IMG/VR virus record: IMGVR_UViG_3300032305_000514
Coordinates: 1 to 28,046 of that record
Strand: one strand, 5' to 3'
DNA: 28,046 nt
DNA from: a virus
Taxonomy: Duplodnaviria; Caudoviricetes
Below, piece by piece: positions 6,311 to 15,351 of the stretch. The position numbers and the translations under genes were made by a program. Each line of letters begins with the position of its first letter. The first letter of the stretch is position 1. Below the pieces are notes generated by a model. That model did not search any database, had not been told where the DNA came from, and saw only the letters and a program-made list of their open reading frames with translations.

Positions 6311-9300
6311 ATGGCTGATGAAAATATTGTAACTAATATAGTTGCTAATGCAGATTTCTCAGGTCTTATTGCAGATGTCAATAAGGTCGCAGCCTCTTTA
6401 TCAAAACTTCAAGCACAAATAATTCAATCGGACGCAAGACTTGCAAGTCAAGTAGCTACGATGAACAGATCCTTTGGTGAAAACCTAAGAAGAACTGGTC
6501 AGTTTGCAACACACTTTGTTACATTAACATCGGATGTTGAAAAGTTTGGCACCAACCTAGACAGGGGCCAAATGAAACTGAAGCAGTACTTTCAGACATT
6601 TCAGCAACATACAAGGACGCAAGGTGGTCTAATTAGAGACCTTGCTAAACAGCAAGTAGCATTACAAAATGCAATAATTCAGCCAATGGGTAAAAACGCT
6701 CAAGGGCTTATGCAGTATAGCGTACACATTCCACAAGGTCTTGATGCTGTAAAGAATAAAACAGCTATTGCAAGACAAGAGCTTCAGATCATGAATAAAG
6801 TTGTTCAGGATGGCGGAGTTCAACTAATTAACTGGGGTAAAAATACTCAGTGGGCAGGTCGTCAGCTAACAGTAGGACTTACGGTTCCTTTAGCAGCGTT
6901 TGGTAAAGCAGCTGCAGATGCATTTAGAATGGCAGATGCAGAACTAGTAAGACTTACAAAGGTATATGGTGGAGTTGCAGCAACATCTTCAGCAGAGCTT
7001 TCTAAGATAAGAAACGAAGTTACAGCAACAGCTAAAGAGCTTTCAAAAGCTTATGGAGTTTCATTTAAAGATACAATTACTCTTGCAGCAGATATTGCCG
7101 CGACTGGTAAGCAAGGAAACGAACTGCTATCTTCAGTTAAAGAAACAAGCAGACTTGCCGTACTCGGAGAAGTAGATAGACAAGAGGCTATGAAGGCCAC
7201 CCTGGCAATTCAAACTACATTTAAACAAAACACTGACCAGCTATCAGAATCTATTAACTTTCTTAACTCTGTTGAAAACCAAACATCAACAAGTCTTGCA
7301 GATTTAATTGAAGCTATTCCGAAGGCTGGCCCAGTTATTCAAGGTATGGGCGGAAGCGTAAAAGATTTAGCACTTTATCTCACAGCAATGAAGGAAGGCG
7401 GAATAAATGCTTCAGAAGGAGCGAATGCTCTTAAGTCCGCATTAGCATCTTTAATTAATCCTACAAAGGTAGCAAAAGAAAAGTTTTCTGAAATGGGAAT
7501 TGATCTAGGCGGAATTGTAACAAAGAATGCAGGAAACCTTACAGGAACAATATTAGAGTTGCAATCAGCTTTGGATAACCTAGATCCATTGCAGAAACAA
7601 CAAGCAATCGAGCAGTTGTTTGGAAAGTTCCAGTTTGCTAGACTTAACGCTTTGTTTTCAAACCTAGGAAAACAAGGAAGCCAAACTCTTCAGGTTATGG
7701 ATTTGATGAAAGCAAGCTCACAAGAACTAGCTGGTGTAGCAGGCCGAGAATTATCAATGGTTACAGAGTCAGCTTCTGGAAAGTATAGAAGGGCTTTAGA
7801 AGGATTGAAAGCAGACCTTGCTGGAATGGGAGAAGAGTTCTTAAAAATTCAAACATTCTTTATTAATGTAACAGACAGCATTATAAAGTTTGTCAGCAAG
7901 TTACCTCAACCAATTAAAACTATTTTAACATTTGTTACAGGGCTTACAGCAATTATAGGACCAGTAATTATGTTGACTGGTGTTCTTGCCAACTTCTTTG
8001 GATATATTATTAAGGGAGCATCTCATTTTAAATCTTTGTTTAAAGGCGGAGAAGGCTGGAAGATGCTTACGCCAGAAATTCTGGCAGCACAAAAAGCAGG
8101 ATCTCTTGTTGAAGCAACATTTTATAGCGATGCTAAAGCCGCTACAGTATTAAAAACAGCAATTGCTGGTCTTGTAACAGAGTTTGAGTTGTTGCAGTCT
8201 AAAGCCATGACTGGCGCAGTGTCCGTTTCTCCAGCGCTTTCAACAATGGCAGGCAATATTGTAGTTCCAGGCGGAGGCAGAGTTGTTAATCCAAACCACC
8301 CTCTAATTAGCCCTGAAGACACACGTTCAATGTCGCATCTTAATCCAGTTGCAGGGATGACTCTAGATCAAAAATCACAACAAACAATTTTTGGAGTAGT
8401 ACCTGGAGCGCCAAAAGTAAATCAAAAGATTGGAAACAATCCACAGATGTATATGTCTGGAGACCTTCCAAAGATTCCAGGATTGACATCAATAGGCGGA
8501 GCATCAACAGGTATTGTTGCAGCAGAAGCAGCAAAGTGGCATGCAATGACAGGTGCGCTTGCAATGCAATCACAAAAAGAAATAGATCTTCTTAAGAAAG
8601 AAGTTTTATCAACAGGGCTTATAACAACGGAATTATCAGATTCTTATCAAGCTCTTCTTCCAACAATGACCAAGCTTACTGCAAATGCGGCAACTGAATC
8701 TGCAGCAATTGTTGCACAGCTGCAAGCTGGAAAAATAACAGTAGATCAAGCAAGAGCTAAAATTATTCAATTGAATGCACAAGTTGAGTCTATGATTGCC
8801 CAGGCATCAGTTGATATTGCGGGGCAACAAGGAAGATCAATTGGTTTAACAACCGTGCCGTTATTGAATCAACCAGTTGTAAACGCTGCTGGAAAATCTA
8901 ACATGAAAGAGCTTCTTCGCCCAGGAAGAACTAGAAGTCTTTTAAATAAAATTGCAGGCGGCTTGGGAGTAAGAACATTTGGTGCTGGGTATAGCACAGA
9001 AACAACAATGCCAAAAAGATTTGCAATGGGCGGAATGGTTTACAGGAAAAAGGGAAGTCAAGGGCCAGAGTTTACGCCAATGGGCACAGACACAGTTCCA
9101 GCAATGCTCACAGAAGGGGAATTTGTTGTTAAAGCAGATGCTGTAAATAAAGAAACACTTCCATTTCTTCAGTCCTTAAATGAAACTGGAAGCACCAAGC
9201 CATTCCTTTCTGCAACCATGATTCATCAAGGTACAGAGGCAAATCAAGCTCTTGCAGGTAATAGACCATCGGTTAATTTAACTGGAAACTACCTTGCTAA

Positions 9301-12300
9301 TGATTTGTCTTCATTGCATTCAAGAGGGCTTCATCCTATGGCTTTATTTTATGATCAAGGACTGCGTTTAGGATACGACAAGACAGATTTAAAGAGAGCA
9401 CTAAACTTGGCATACACAGAACTTGAAGGCTCTTTCCGCCGTAAGGGAGATACTCCTATTAATAATGCTTACTATGAAAAAGTTGCAACAAATGTTGCAA
9501 TGAAGCATTTAAAAACAGTATCTAGATTTAGTCCAAGAATTGGAAGAGATGTTAGGATGGCGGAAGAATTAATTTTTATGGGACATCAAAGAAATTCACA
9601 AAATAAAGGAATTGAGCCAGGATCACTTAGAACTACTGGATTTGATGGAACAGAATTACCAAGACACCTAGTGGGAACTGGAAGTGGTTTTTCAGGCGCA
9701 GCCAATCAGACACACTTTAATTTATCACAAGAGCTTTACGATGAAACCCCATCTAATCTTTATAAAGGAAGGTTAGGTAAGGGTAATACTATATCACAAG
9801 CTTTTGGATCGCAGCGTGGACATATAGGTGCAAAGTTTGCACCAAGCAGATGGAATATGTTGTTAAACATGGTTAGGTCTAAAATTGGAAGAGCCCCAGT
9901 TGTTCAAGACCCAAGATCTGTAGCCTTAACTAATAAATGGAGAAGGCGTCAAGGATTTGCAAATGGCGGAATGGTATATATGGCAAATGGCGGAATGGTT
10001 CCAGGGTATCGAGATGGAGGCATTGTTTCAAATGCTTTTCAAGGAGCTAGAGAACAAGGCTTTGTAGGACAAGGAGCGCTCTCAAGAGCTAGAGCTGGTG
10101 GTCTGTCTTCACCGATGGCGGGCATGGGAATAGGAATGGGAATGCAGGGCGCTGGAGCAATGATGGGCGGACAGGCTGGAACATTATTACAGGTAGCATC
10201 AATTCTTCCAATGATAAGCATGACGCCTATTACAAAGCTTATCTCTGGAATAACTGGAATAGGAACATCTTTAAAAACAGCAGGCGGTGTTGCAAAAATA
10301 TTTGAAATGATTTTAAAGAATGCATTTAGGGTAGGACCAATACTGCTTTTAACTGCAGCAATTACTGGCGTTGTAATGGTATTTAAAAAATGGCGATCTG
10401 AGGTTGCTGAAAATGCAAAAGAGCAAACAATGCTTAACGGAATTACTCAAAAAGGTGCCGTAGAAGCTGGAATTAAATATAACAACTTGTCTGATTCAAT
10501 TAAGGGCGTTAGAGAGCAGATGGATTTGTTTAGAGCCTCTCAATTAACTGCTTTTAACTCACAAAATAGTTCAGGAATATCTGGATTAACTCTAACAATT
10601 CAAGAACTACAAGATAAGATCAAGGCAGCAAAGAATGATATGCCAGAGTTTGTTAGCTCATTAAATAGCCTAAGCAAATCAGCACAAGATAATAAGAATG
10701 CAACAATTGATATGGCAACAAACTGGAAAGCACAATTTGTTGCAGGTGGTATGTCAGTATCTGAAGCAACAAATGAAATATATGCAATCATAAAAGCATC
10801 TGATATGGCAAACCATGCGTTTGCCGCTATATCAAATACTGGCTTTACAAAAATTGTAGACAGAGGCAGTGCAGTAAATGCAATGTTTAACAACCTAGGA
10901 AAGAACATGAATAAATTGTCTGGCTCCGATCTAGGAAATTCTTTAAGCAACGTAGTAATTGGAATTGATTCAGCAAGACAGGCCCTAGTCGGTACTAAGG
11001 ATGCAAACGGCGAAATAATTACACAGCAGAGAGCATTAGAAATTACAATGAAGCAGCTTACCAATTCAGCTTCTGCCAATAAAACTTTAACAAATGATCA
11101 AGTTGAAAGTCTAAAAAAGACTCACCCTGAGTTGTCAAAAATATTAAACTCTACAGATAATGTTAAGTCTGTATACTCTAAGTGGAGAATACTTTTAGCA
11201 GGAGTTAATGTAGATCTTAAAACTATTTCAGCTACACAAGCAGAAGCACTTTCAAAATTTATTGATTTGCAAACCGCAGCAATTGAGCAAGCTCAAAAGG
11301 CAAAGGTAGGAGACAAGGGATATATTAAATCAATAGCCCAAAGCTCTGCTTTAATTGAAAAGCTTAATAAGCAAATTCTTGCAGGCGGAGTAACTGGCCA
11401 AAAGGTAGCACAAAGAACAAAAGATCAAATTGATGCAGAAATTAAAGCAATTGATAAGAGAATTAAAAAAATTCAAGAAGAAGCAGATGCCAGAATTAAA
11501 GCTATTCAAAAAACTCAATCTGCTGAATCACATGCTGTTCAATTAAAACAAGCACAGCTTGACCTGCAAGCAGCAATTGCATCTGGAGATAAAGAAGCTC
11601 AAGTAAGAGCCCAACTAAATCTATCGGCACTACAAAAAGAACGTCAATCAGAAATGGCAATTGCGGCAATTCAAGATGATGCTGCTGCTAAAACAAAAGC
11701 CGAAGAAGCAAGAAAGGCTAAGCTACAGGATGAGCTAGACGCTCTAAGTAAAAAAGTTGCAGCCTCTCAGGCAAGGGCTGCAGACGTTACAATTGTTAGA
11801 GATAAGGTTGTTGGGTATCAGTCAAGGCGAGATGCTTTGCTTGCAAGAGAATCAACAAACTCACAAAGAGATCCAAAATCAGCAGAAGCAATACAAGAGG
11901 CAAAAGATATTAGTCGTGATTTTTCTAATTTAGCTAACGATGCTGCTAGAGACGCCAAGGGTAAAGATAAAGCTTTAGCGGCGGCGATTAAAGAAGCATT
12001 TACTGGCGTATTGATTAATGACAAGGGAGACAGCCTAGGCGGTAAGATGGTTGGTAATGTTGCTCCAAAGGGCAAGCCAATGTGGCAAGAAGGAACTGGT
12101 CTAGGAACATTAAAAACTGACGCATCAGCAATTACTGCAAAGATAGATATATCTAATAAACTTCTTGCTGAAATTAAAGCAGCACTCGGCGGTGGCGGAG
12201 GTTTGGAAATTAAAGACATCTACACTGGTAAAAAGAATGCTAGATATGGTAGTGGAGTAGGTCCATTCGCAAGCCTGCCAGGTGGAAAAAATAGAGACCT

Positions 12301-12859
12301 TACAGATGCCGCAGGAGATTTAACAGGAGAAGGAATTGTTGCTGCAATTAAAGACAACTCTTTCAAAAAGGGTGACAAGTTTACATTTAACGGAAGAACC
12401 TATAAAGTTGTAGATGCTTCAGCAATGGAGCAATATAAGTATCCAACTAAGTTATATGCAGATGTTGTTAAAAAAGCATTAGGCGGTCGCTTTGCCGCTG
12501 GACAAAAGCTTATGGTAAATGATAGAATTAACCCACTGGGAGCACAACAAGAGGGAATGGTTGTTGAGCCAAAATTCTCAGGAACAATATATCCTAATAT
12601 AGCAACTATGCCAAAGCCTAATCTAGGAAACATGCCAAGGTATGATATTCCATCAAGTGGATATAGGGGAATAGGAAACTCTGCGTCTAAATTGTCTCAA
12701 GGTGCGGCACCAGTAATCAATAACTATATTACAGCAACTCCAAACATGGACATAAAGCAGCTCGCAAGAGAAGTTGGAATGGTTACAGCAAAGGCTGTAT
12801 CTAGAGGCGGAAATAATAGAGGGTATAGTAATGGATCTCCACAGGTGGTAAATATATGA
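6311..12859 (+). CDS. Tape measure protein
   Basis: 2182 aa, Ala/Gln/Lys-rich and helical. TP901-type core (GRQLTVGLTVPL...GANALKSALASLINPT), two hydrophobic segments (about 7920-8010 and 10335-10385), and the motif GTDTVPAMLTEGEFVV. Follows the frameshifted chaperone. Confidence 0.95.
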   Translation: MADENIVTNIVANADFSGLIADVNKVAASLSKLQAQIIQSDARLASQVATMNRSFGENLRRTGQFATHFVTLTSDVEKFGTNLDRGQMKLKQYFQTFQQHTRTQGGLIRDLAKQQVALQNAIIQPMGKNAQGLMQYSVHIPQGLDAVKNKTAIARQELQIMNKVVQDGGVQLINWGKNTQWAGRQLTVGLTVPLAAFGKAAADAFRMADAELVRLTKVYGGVAATSSAELSKIRNEVTATAKELSKAYGVSFKDTITLAADIAATGKQGNELLSSVKETSRLAVLGEVDRQEAMKATLAIQTTFKQNTDQLSESINFLNSVENQTSTSLADLIEAIPKAGPVIQGMGGSVKDLALYLTAMKEGGINASEGANALKSALASLINPTKVAKEKFSEMGIDLGGIVTKNAGNLTGTILELQSALDNLDPLQKQQAIEQLFGKFQFARLNALFSNLGKQGSQTLQVMDLMKASSQELAGVAGRELSMVTESASGKYRRALEGLKADLAGMGEEFLKIQTFFINVTDSIIKFVSKLPQPIKTILTFVTGLTAIIGPVIMLTGVLANFFGYIIKGASHFKSLFKGGEGWKMLTPEILAAQKAGSLVEATFYSDAKAATVLKTAIAGLVTEFELLQSKAMTGAVSVSPALSTMAGNIVVPGGGRVVNPNHPLISPEDTRSMSHLNPVAGMTLDQKSQQTIFGVVPGAPKVNQKIGNNPQMYMSGDLPKIPGLTSIGGASTGIVAAEAAKWHAMTGALAMQSQKEIDLLKKEVLSTGLITTELSDSYQALLPTMTKLTANAATESAAIVAQLQAGKITVDQARAKIIQLNAQVESMIAQASVDIAGQQGRSIGLTTVPLLNQPVVNAAGKSNMKELLRPGRTRSLLNKIAGGLGVRTFGAGYSTETTMPKRFAMGGMVYRKKGSQGPEFTPMGTDTVPAMLTEGEFVVKADAVNKETLPFLQSLNETGSTKPFLSATMIHQGTEANQALAGNRPSVNLTGNYLANDLSSLHSRGLHPMALFYDQGLRLGYDKTDLKRALNLAYTELEGSFRRKGDTPINNAYYEKVATNVAMKHLKTVSRFSPRIGRDVRMAEELIFMGHQRNSQNKGIEPGSLRTTGFDGTELPRHLVGTGSGFSGAANQTHFNLSQELYDETPSNLYKGRLGKGNTISQAFGSQRGHIGAKFAPSRWNMLLNMVRSKIGRAPVVQDPRSVALTNKWRRRQGFANGGMVYMANGGMVPGYRDGGIVSNAFQGAREQGFVGQGALSRARAGGLSSPMAGMGIGMGMQGAGAMMGGQAGTLLQVASILPMISMTPITKLISGITGIGTSLKTAGGVAKIFEMILKNAFRVGPILLLTAAITGVVMVFKKWRSEVAENAKEQTMLNGITQKGAVEAGIKYNNLSDSIKGVREQMDLFRASQLTAFNSQNSSGISGLTLTIQELQDKIKAAKNDMPEFVSSLNSLSKSAQDNKNATIDMATNWKAQFVAGGMSVSEATNEIYAIIKASDMANHAFAAISNTGFTKIVDRGSAVNAMFNNLGKNMNKLSGSDLGNSLSNVVIGIDSARQALVGTKDANGEIITQQRALEITMKQLTNSASANKTLTNDQVESLKKTHPELSKILNSTDNVKSVYSKWRILLAGVNVDLKTISATQAEALSKFIDLQTAAIEQAQKAKVGDKGYIKSIAQSSALIEKLNKQILAGGVTGQKVAQRTKDQIDAEIKAIDKRIKKIQEEADARIKAIQKTQSAESHAVQLKQAQLDLQAAIASGDKEAQVRAQLNLSALQKERQSEMAIAAIQDDAAAKTKAEEARKAKLQDELDALSKKVAASQARAADVTIVRDKVVGYQSRRDALLARESTNSQRDPKSAEAIQEAKDISRDFSNLANDAARDAKGKDKALAAAIKEAFTGVLINDKGDSLGGKMVGNVAPKGKPMWQEGTGLGTLKTDASAITAKIDISNKLLAEIKAALGGGGGLEIKDIYTGKKNARYGSGVGPFASLPGGKNRDLTDAAGDLTGEGIVAAIKDNSFKKGDKFTFNGRTYKVVDASAMEQYKYPTKLYADVVKKALGGRFAAGQKLMVNDRINPLGAQQEGMVVEPKFSGTIYPNIATMPKPNLGNMPRYDIPSSGYRGIGNSASKLSQGAAPVINNYITATPNMDIKQLAREVGMVTAKAVSRGGNNRGYSNGSPQVVNI
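9959..9999 (+). repeat. 17-bp direct repeat GCAAATGGCGGAATGGT (x2, 24-bp period); related copy at 9020-9040
   Basis: Exact copies at 9959-9975 and 9983-9999 encode ANGGMV twice; TTTGCAATGGGCGGAATGGTT at 9020-9040 encodes FAMGGMV. Confidence 0.9.
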
Positions 12860-13314
12860 CAACAGTATTCTTGCCAGTAGGCTCACTATTATATGTAGAT
12901 ATATCTGCCACAGACACGCCATCATGGCAAAAACTAACTGAGCATAATAGACAGCCAGCCTCTATTCAAATAAATAGAATTGAAAAGACTCAAAGAACCT
13001 CAAATGGAACTTTGAGAAAATTCTTTATTGCTGACAAGAAGAGTATATCTGTCTCTTGGAATATGCTTCCAACATCATCAACTATGACAGTAGATGGTGG
13101 CTACGGCGCTAATGATATTCAAACATTTTATAATGGCTCAAAGGGGCAAGGCTCATTTAAGTTAAAGATATCTTATTCCCCAACAAGAGAAGAGATCATT
13201 GAGGTAGTATTTAGTTCTTGTAGCTTTGATCTACTTAAAAGAAATGTAAAAGCCAAATCTTCTGATTCTGCCCAAGAGTTTTGGGATGTAAGTATTTCTT
13301 TAGAGCAGGTATAA
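12856..13314 (+). CDS. Distal tail (Dit-like) minor tail protein
   Basis: 152 aa directly after the tape measure gene (ATGA overlap); RTSNGTLRKFFIADKKSISVSWNML and WDVSISLEQV resemble Dit/gpM-type proteins. Confidence 0.65.
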   Translation: MTTVFLPVGSLLYVDISATDTPSWQKLTEHNRQPASIQINRIEKTQRTSNGTLRKFFIADKKSISVSWNMLPTSSTMTVDGGYGANDIQTFYNGSKGQGSFKLKISYSPTREEIIEVVFSSCSFDLLKRNVKAKSSDSAQEFWDVSISLEQV

Positions 13315-15351
13315 ATGGCAGTCATAGTTGATTCTAAAGTTAAAGACATTTTTGAGAAGAACACAAGCATCTCTATGAATGTTGGTGCAACCATTGATAT
13401 TAATTTAAACACCATGATTGATTGGGATAAAGTGACAACCCCAGTAACTGGAAATGCTGATACAGTAATTGGCGGCAGAACCCCATTTAAAAAGTTGTTC
13501 CCCATAGATACAGTAATTAAACCCAACAGACCACTTTTGGCGGGAGTAAAGTATGGTATTAGTGGAGATGTAACAGGTAATAGCTTTAGAGATCCTAAGA
13601 CAACCCCATATCAGGTAAACTATAGAACATACTATCCATCTAAAGATAACTATTACAAGTATTGGGTCTCTCCAAAAGATACTAATGCTAACCTAACTAT
13701 TGCTTATCCTAAGACCATTCCAGTAAATAAAGTAGTTGTTAAATTTGAAACATCTCACGCTACCCCCTCATCATGGACAATATCTGCAAACTCAGGAACT
13801 GTGCTAAAGACTGGTACAGAAGTAAAACCATTTACTACAACTACAACCGTTGATAGTGTTACGACTACAAAGAAAAATTATGATGCTGGTACAGTTACCA
13901 TCTATTACACTGGCACAACCTGGAGCCTACTAGAGTCAGATCTTAATTATAATTCTTTTGTAAATGTTACATCTCTTAACCTTACGGCGGTAAATCCAGG
14001 CGGATGGATTGGAGTAATAGAGGTAGCACCACATATGGTAAAAGACCTATCAAATGATATTGTTTCTTTTGATATTGTAAAGGAACAAAATTCAAGTACA
14101 GAAGAACTTCTTCCTGTGGGATATTGCACAGCAAACTCCCTTGATCTTAATTTAGCAAAATATAATCAAACATCTCTTCAGTTTAAGGTATTTAATAAAT
14201 ATAGCCTATCTGAAACAATTGATAATTCTAAAGTTTATTTAGTTAAGAATGCTGAAGTTGTTACATATGTAAAGGTATACCATGCAGACGGAACATTTTC
14301 TGATTCAAAGGGCACATACTTTAAAATTCCTCAAGGAACATTTTATGTAGACCGATGGGACATATCAGACATTGGGGATGTAAATATATTTGCCCTTGAT
14401 GCTGCAAAAATATTGCAGGAGTCCGTATGCCCAGATATGGTATGTAACAATTACTCAGCTATTGCAATTATTAGAAGAATGTTAGATGCTGTAGGGTTTA
14501 CAAACTATAATTTTAATTATACCGACTCAGATGGATCAATAATTGTTCCTACATATTGGTGGAGCTCATCTTCAAACAGCAATTCAAACGGTTCAGTAAC
14601 AGTATGGGATAACCTTCAAGATCTGTGTAGAGATTCTCAAATTACAGCGTTAGTTGATGAGTATAATGTTCTTCAGTTTTATACAAGAGATTATTTATTT
14701 GATTCATCTAAAACCGCATCATGGCAGTTTAGACACGCAGCCTCTGGCACATTGCTTCCAAACATAATTGAATTATCTAAAAAAGAAATGCCATCAATTA
14801 ACCAAATTAATATAAGATACAAAAGCGTGTCAATGGCAAAGTACGATAAAAGTTCTCATGAAATTCTTGAATTTACAGATGACTCTATAATGGCTGCAGC
14901 AATCCTGTTAAACATCCCAGAATCAGCAGACCCATTAATTACCCCACACGTTCCACACATCAATCATTATATGGGTCTACAACTTATTCAGGTCGGAGAG
15001 CAAGATGTTCTTGATCCTAGCACAGCAACATTTATTCCTTTTAACGGATACATCTTAATTGATTCTGAAGTAATTGAATATGATGCAATTGAATATATGT
15101 ATAAAGATTCACTTACTGGGGTTATTAAATATGTAGACGTAAGCTCAAAATCAGATCTCTCTAGGTACCTAGGTTTGGCAGCAGTTTCTGTCGACAGCAA
15201 TGCAACAACATACAAAACCTCTATGGCCCCAACTAGTCGGTACAGAATTAAAACAAGAGGGGCATTTGGTACAAAGAAAGCAAATCATTATGCAGATCCA
15301 AAAAGCGAAGCAGCTGGATGGACTCCATACAAGGCGGTGACTTTTAAATAA
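13315..15351 (+). CDS. Minor tail protein, baseplate hub/Tal N-terminal part
   Basis: Hub-like motifs GTFYVDRW...ALDAAKILQ, AIIRRMLDAVG and TVWDNLQDLCRDSQITALVDEYNVLQFY; positioned after Dit. Confidence 0.65.
   Translation: MAVIVDSKVKDIFEKNTSISMNVGATIDINLNTMIDWDKVTTPVTGNADTVIGGRTPFKKLFPIDTVIKPNRPLLAGVKYGISGDVTGNSFRDPKTTPYQVNYRTYYPSKDNYYKYWVSPKDTNANLTIAYPKTIPVNKVVVKFETSHATPSSWTISANSGTVLKTGTEVKPFTTTTTVDSVTTTKKNYDAGTVTIYYTGTTWSLLESDLNYNSFVNVTSLNLTAVNPGGWIGVIEVAPHMVKDLSNDIVSFDIVKEQNSSTEELLPVGYCTANSLDLNLAKYNQTSLQFKVFNKYSLSETIDNSKVYLVKNAEVVTYVKVYHADGTFSDSKGTYFKIPQGTFYVDRWDISDIGDVNIFALDAAKILQESVCPDMVCNNYSAIAIIRRMLDAVGFTNYNFNYTDSDGSIIVPTYWWSSSSNSNSNGSVTVWDNLQDLCRDSQITALVDEYNVLQFYTRDYLFDSSKTASWQFRHAASGTLLPNIIELSKKEMPSINQINIRYKSVSMAKYDKSSHEILEFTDDSIMAAAILLNIPESADPLITPHVPHINHYMGLQLIQVGEQDVLDPSTATFIPFNGYILIDSEVIEYDAIEYMYKDSLTGVIKYVDVSSKSDLSRYLGLAAVSVDSNATTYKTSMAPTSRYRIKTRGAFGTKKANHYADPKSEAAGWTPYKAVTFK

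Noticed and set aside
4187-6311. Contractile tail, tailocin or gene transfer agent
   Set aside because: There is no sheath gene, and a very long tape measure plus linked replication genes indicate a true siphovirus-type phage.
9180-9950. Intein or intron inside the tape measure gene
   Set aside because: The frame is uninterrupted, and no intein terminal motifs (Cys/Ser start with His-Asn end) or LAGLIDADG motif were recognised.
9959-9999. CRISPR-like mini-array
   Set aside because: Only two exact 17-bp copies with a 7-bp gap, in frame within a coding sequence.
13312-13317. In-frame TAA-ATG junction (also at 25189-25194) suggesting stop-codon readthrough or an alternative genetic code
   Set aside because: TAA is an efficient stop, the downstream genes have plausible own starts, and TAA, TAG and TGA all end genes at sensible boundaries, so the standard code fits.
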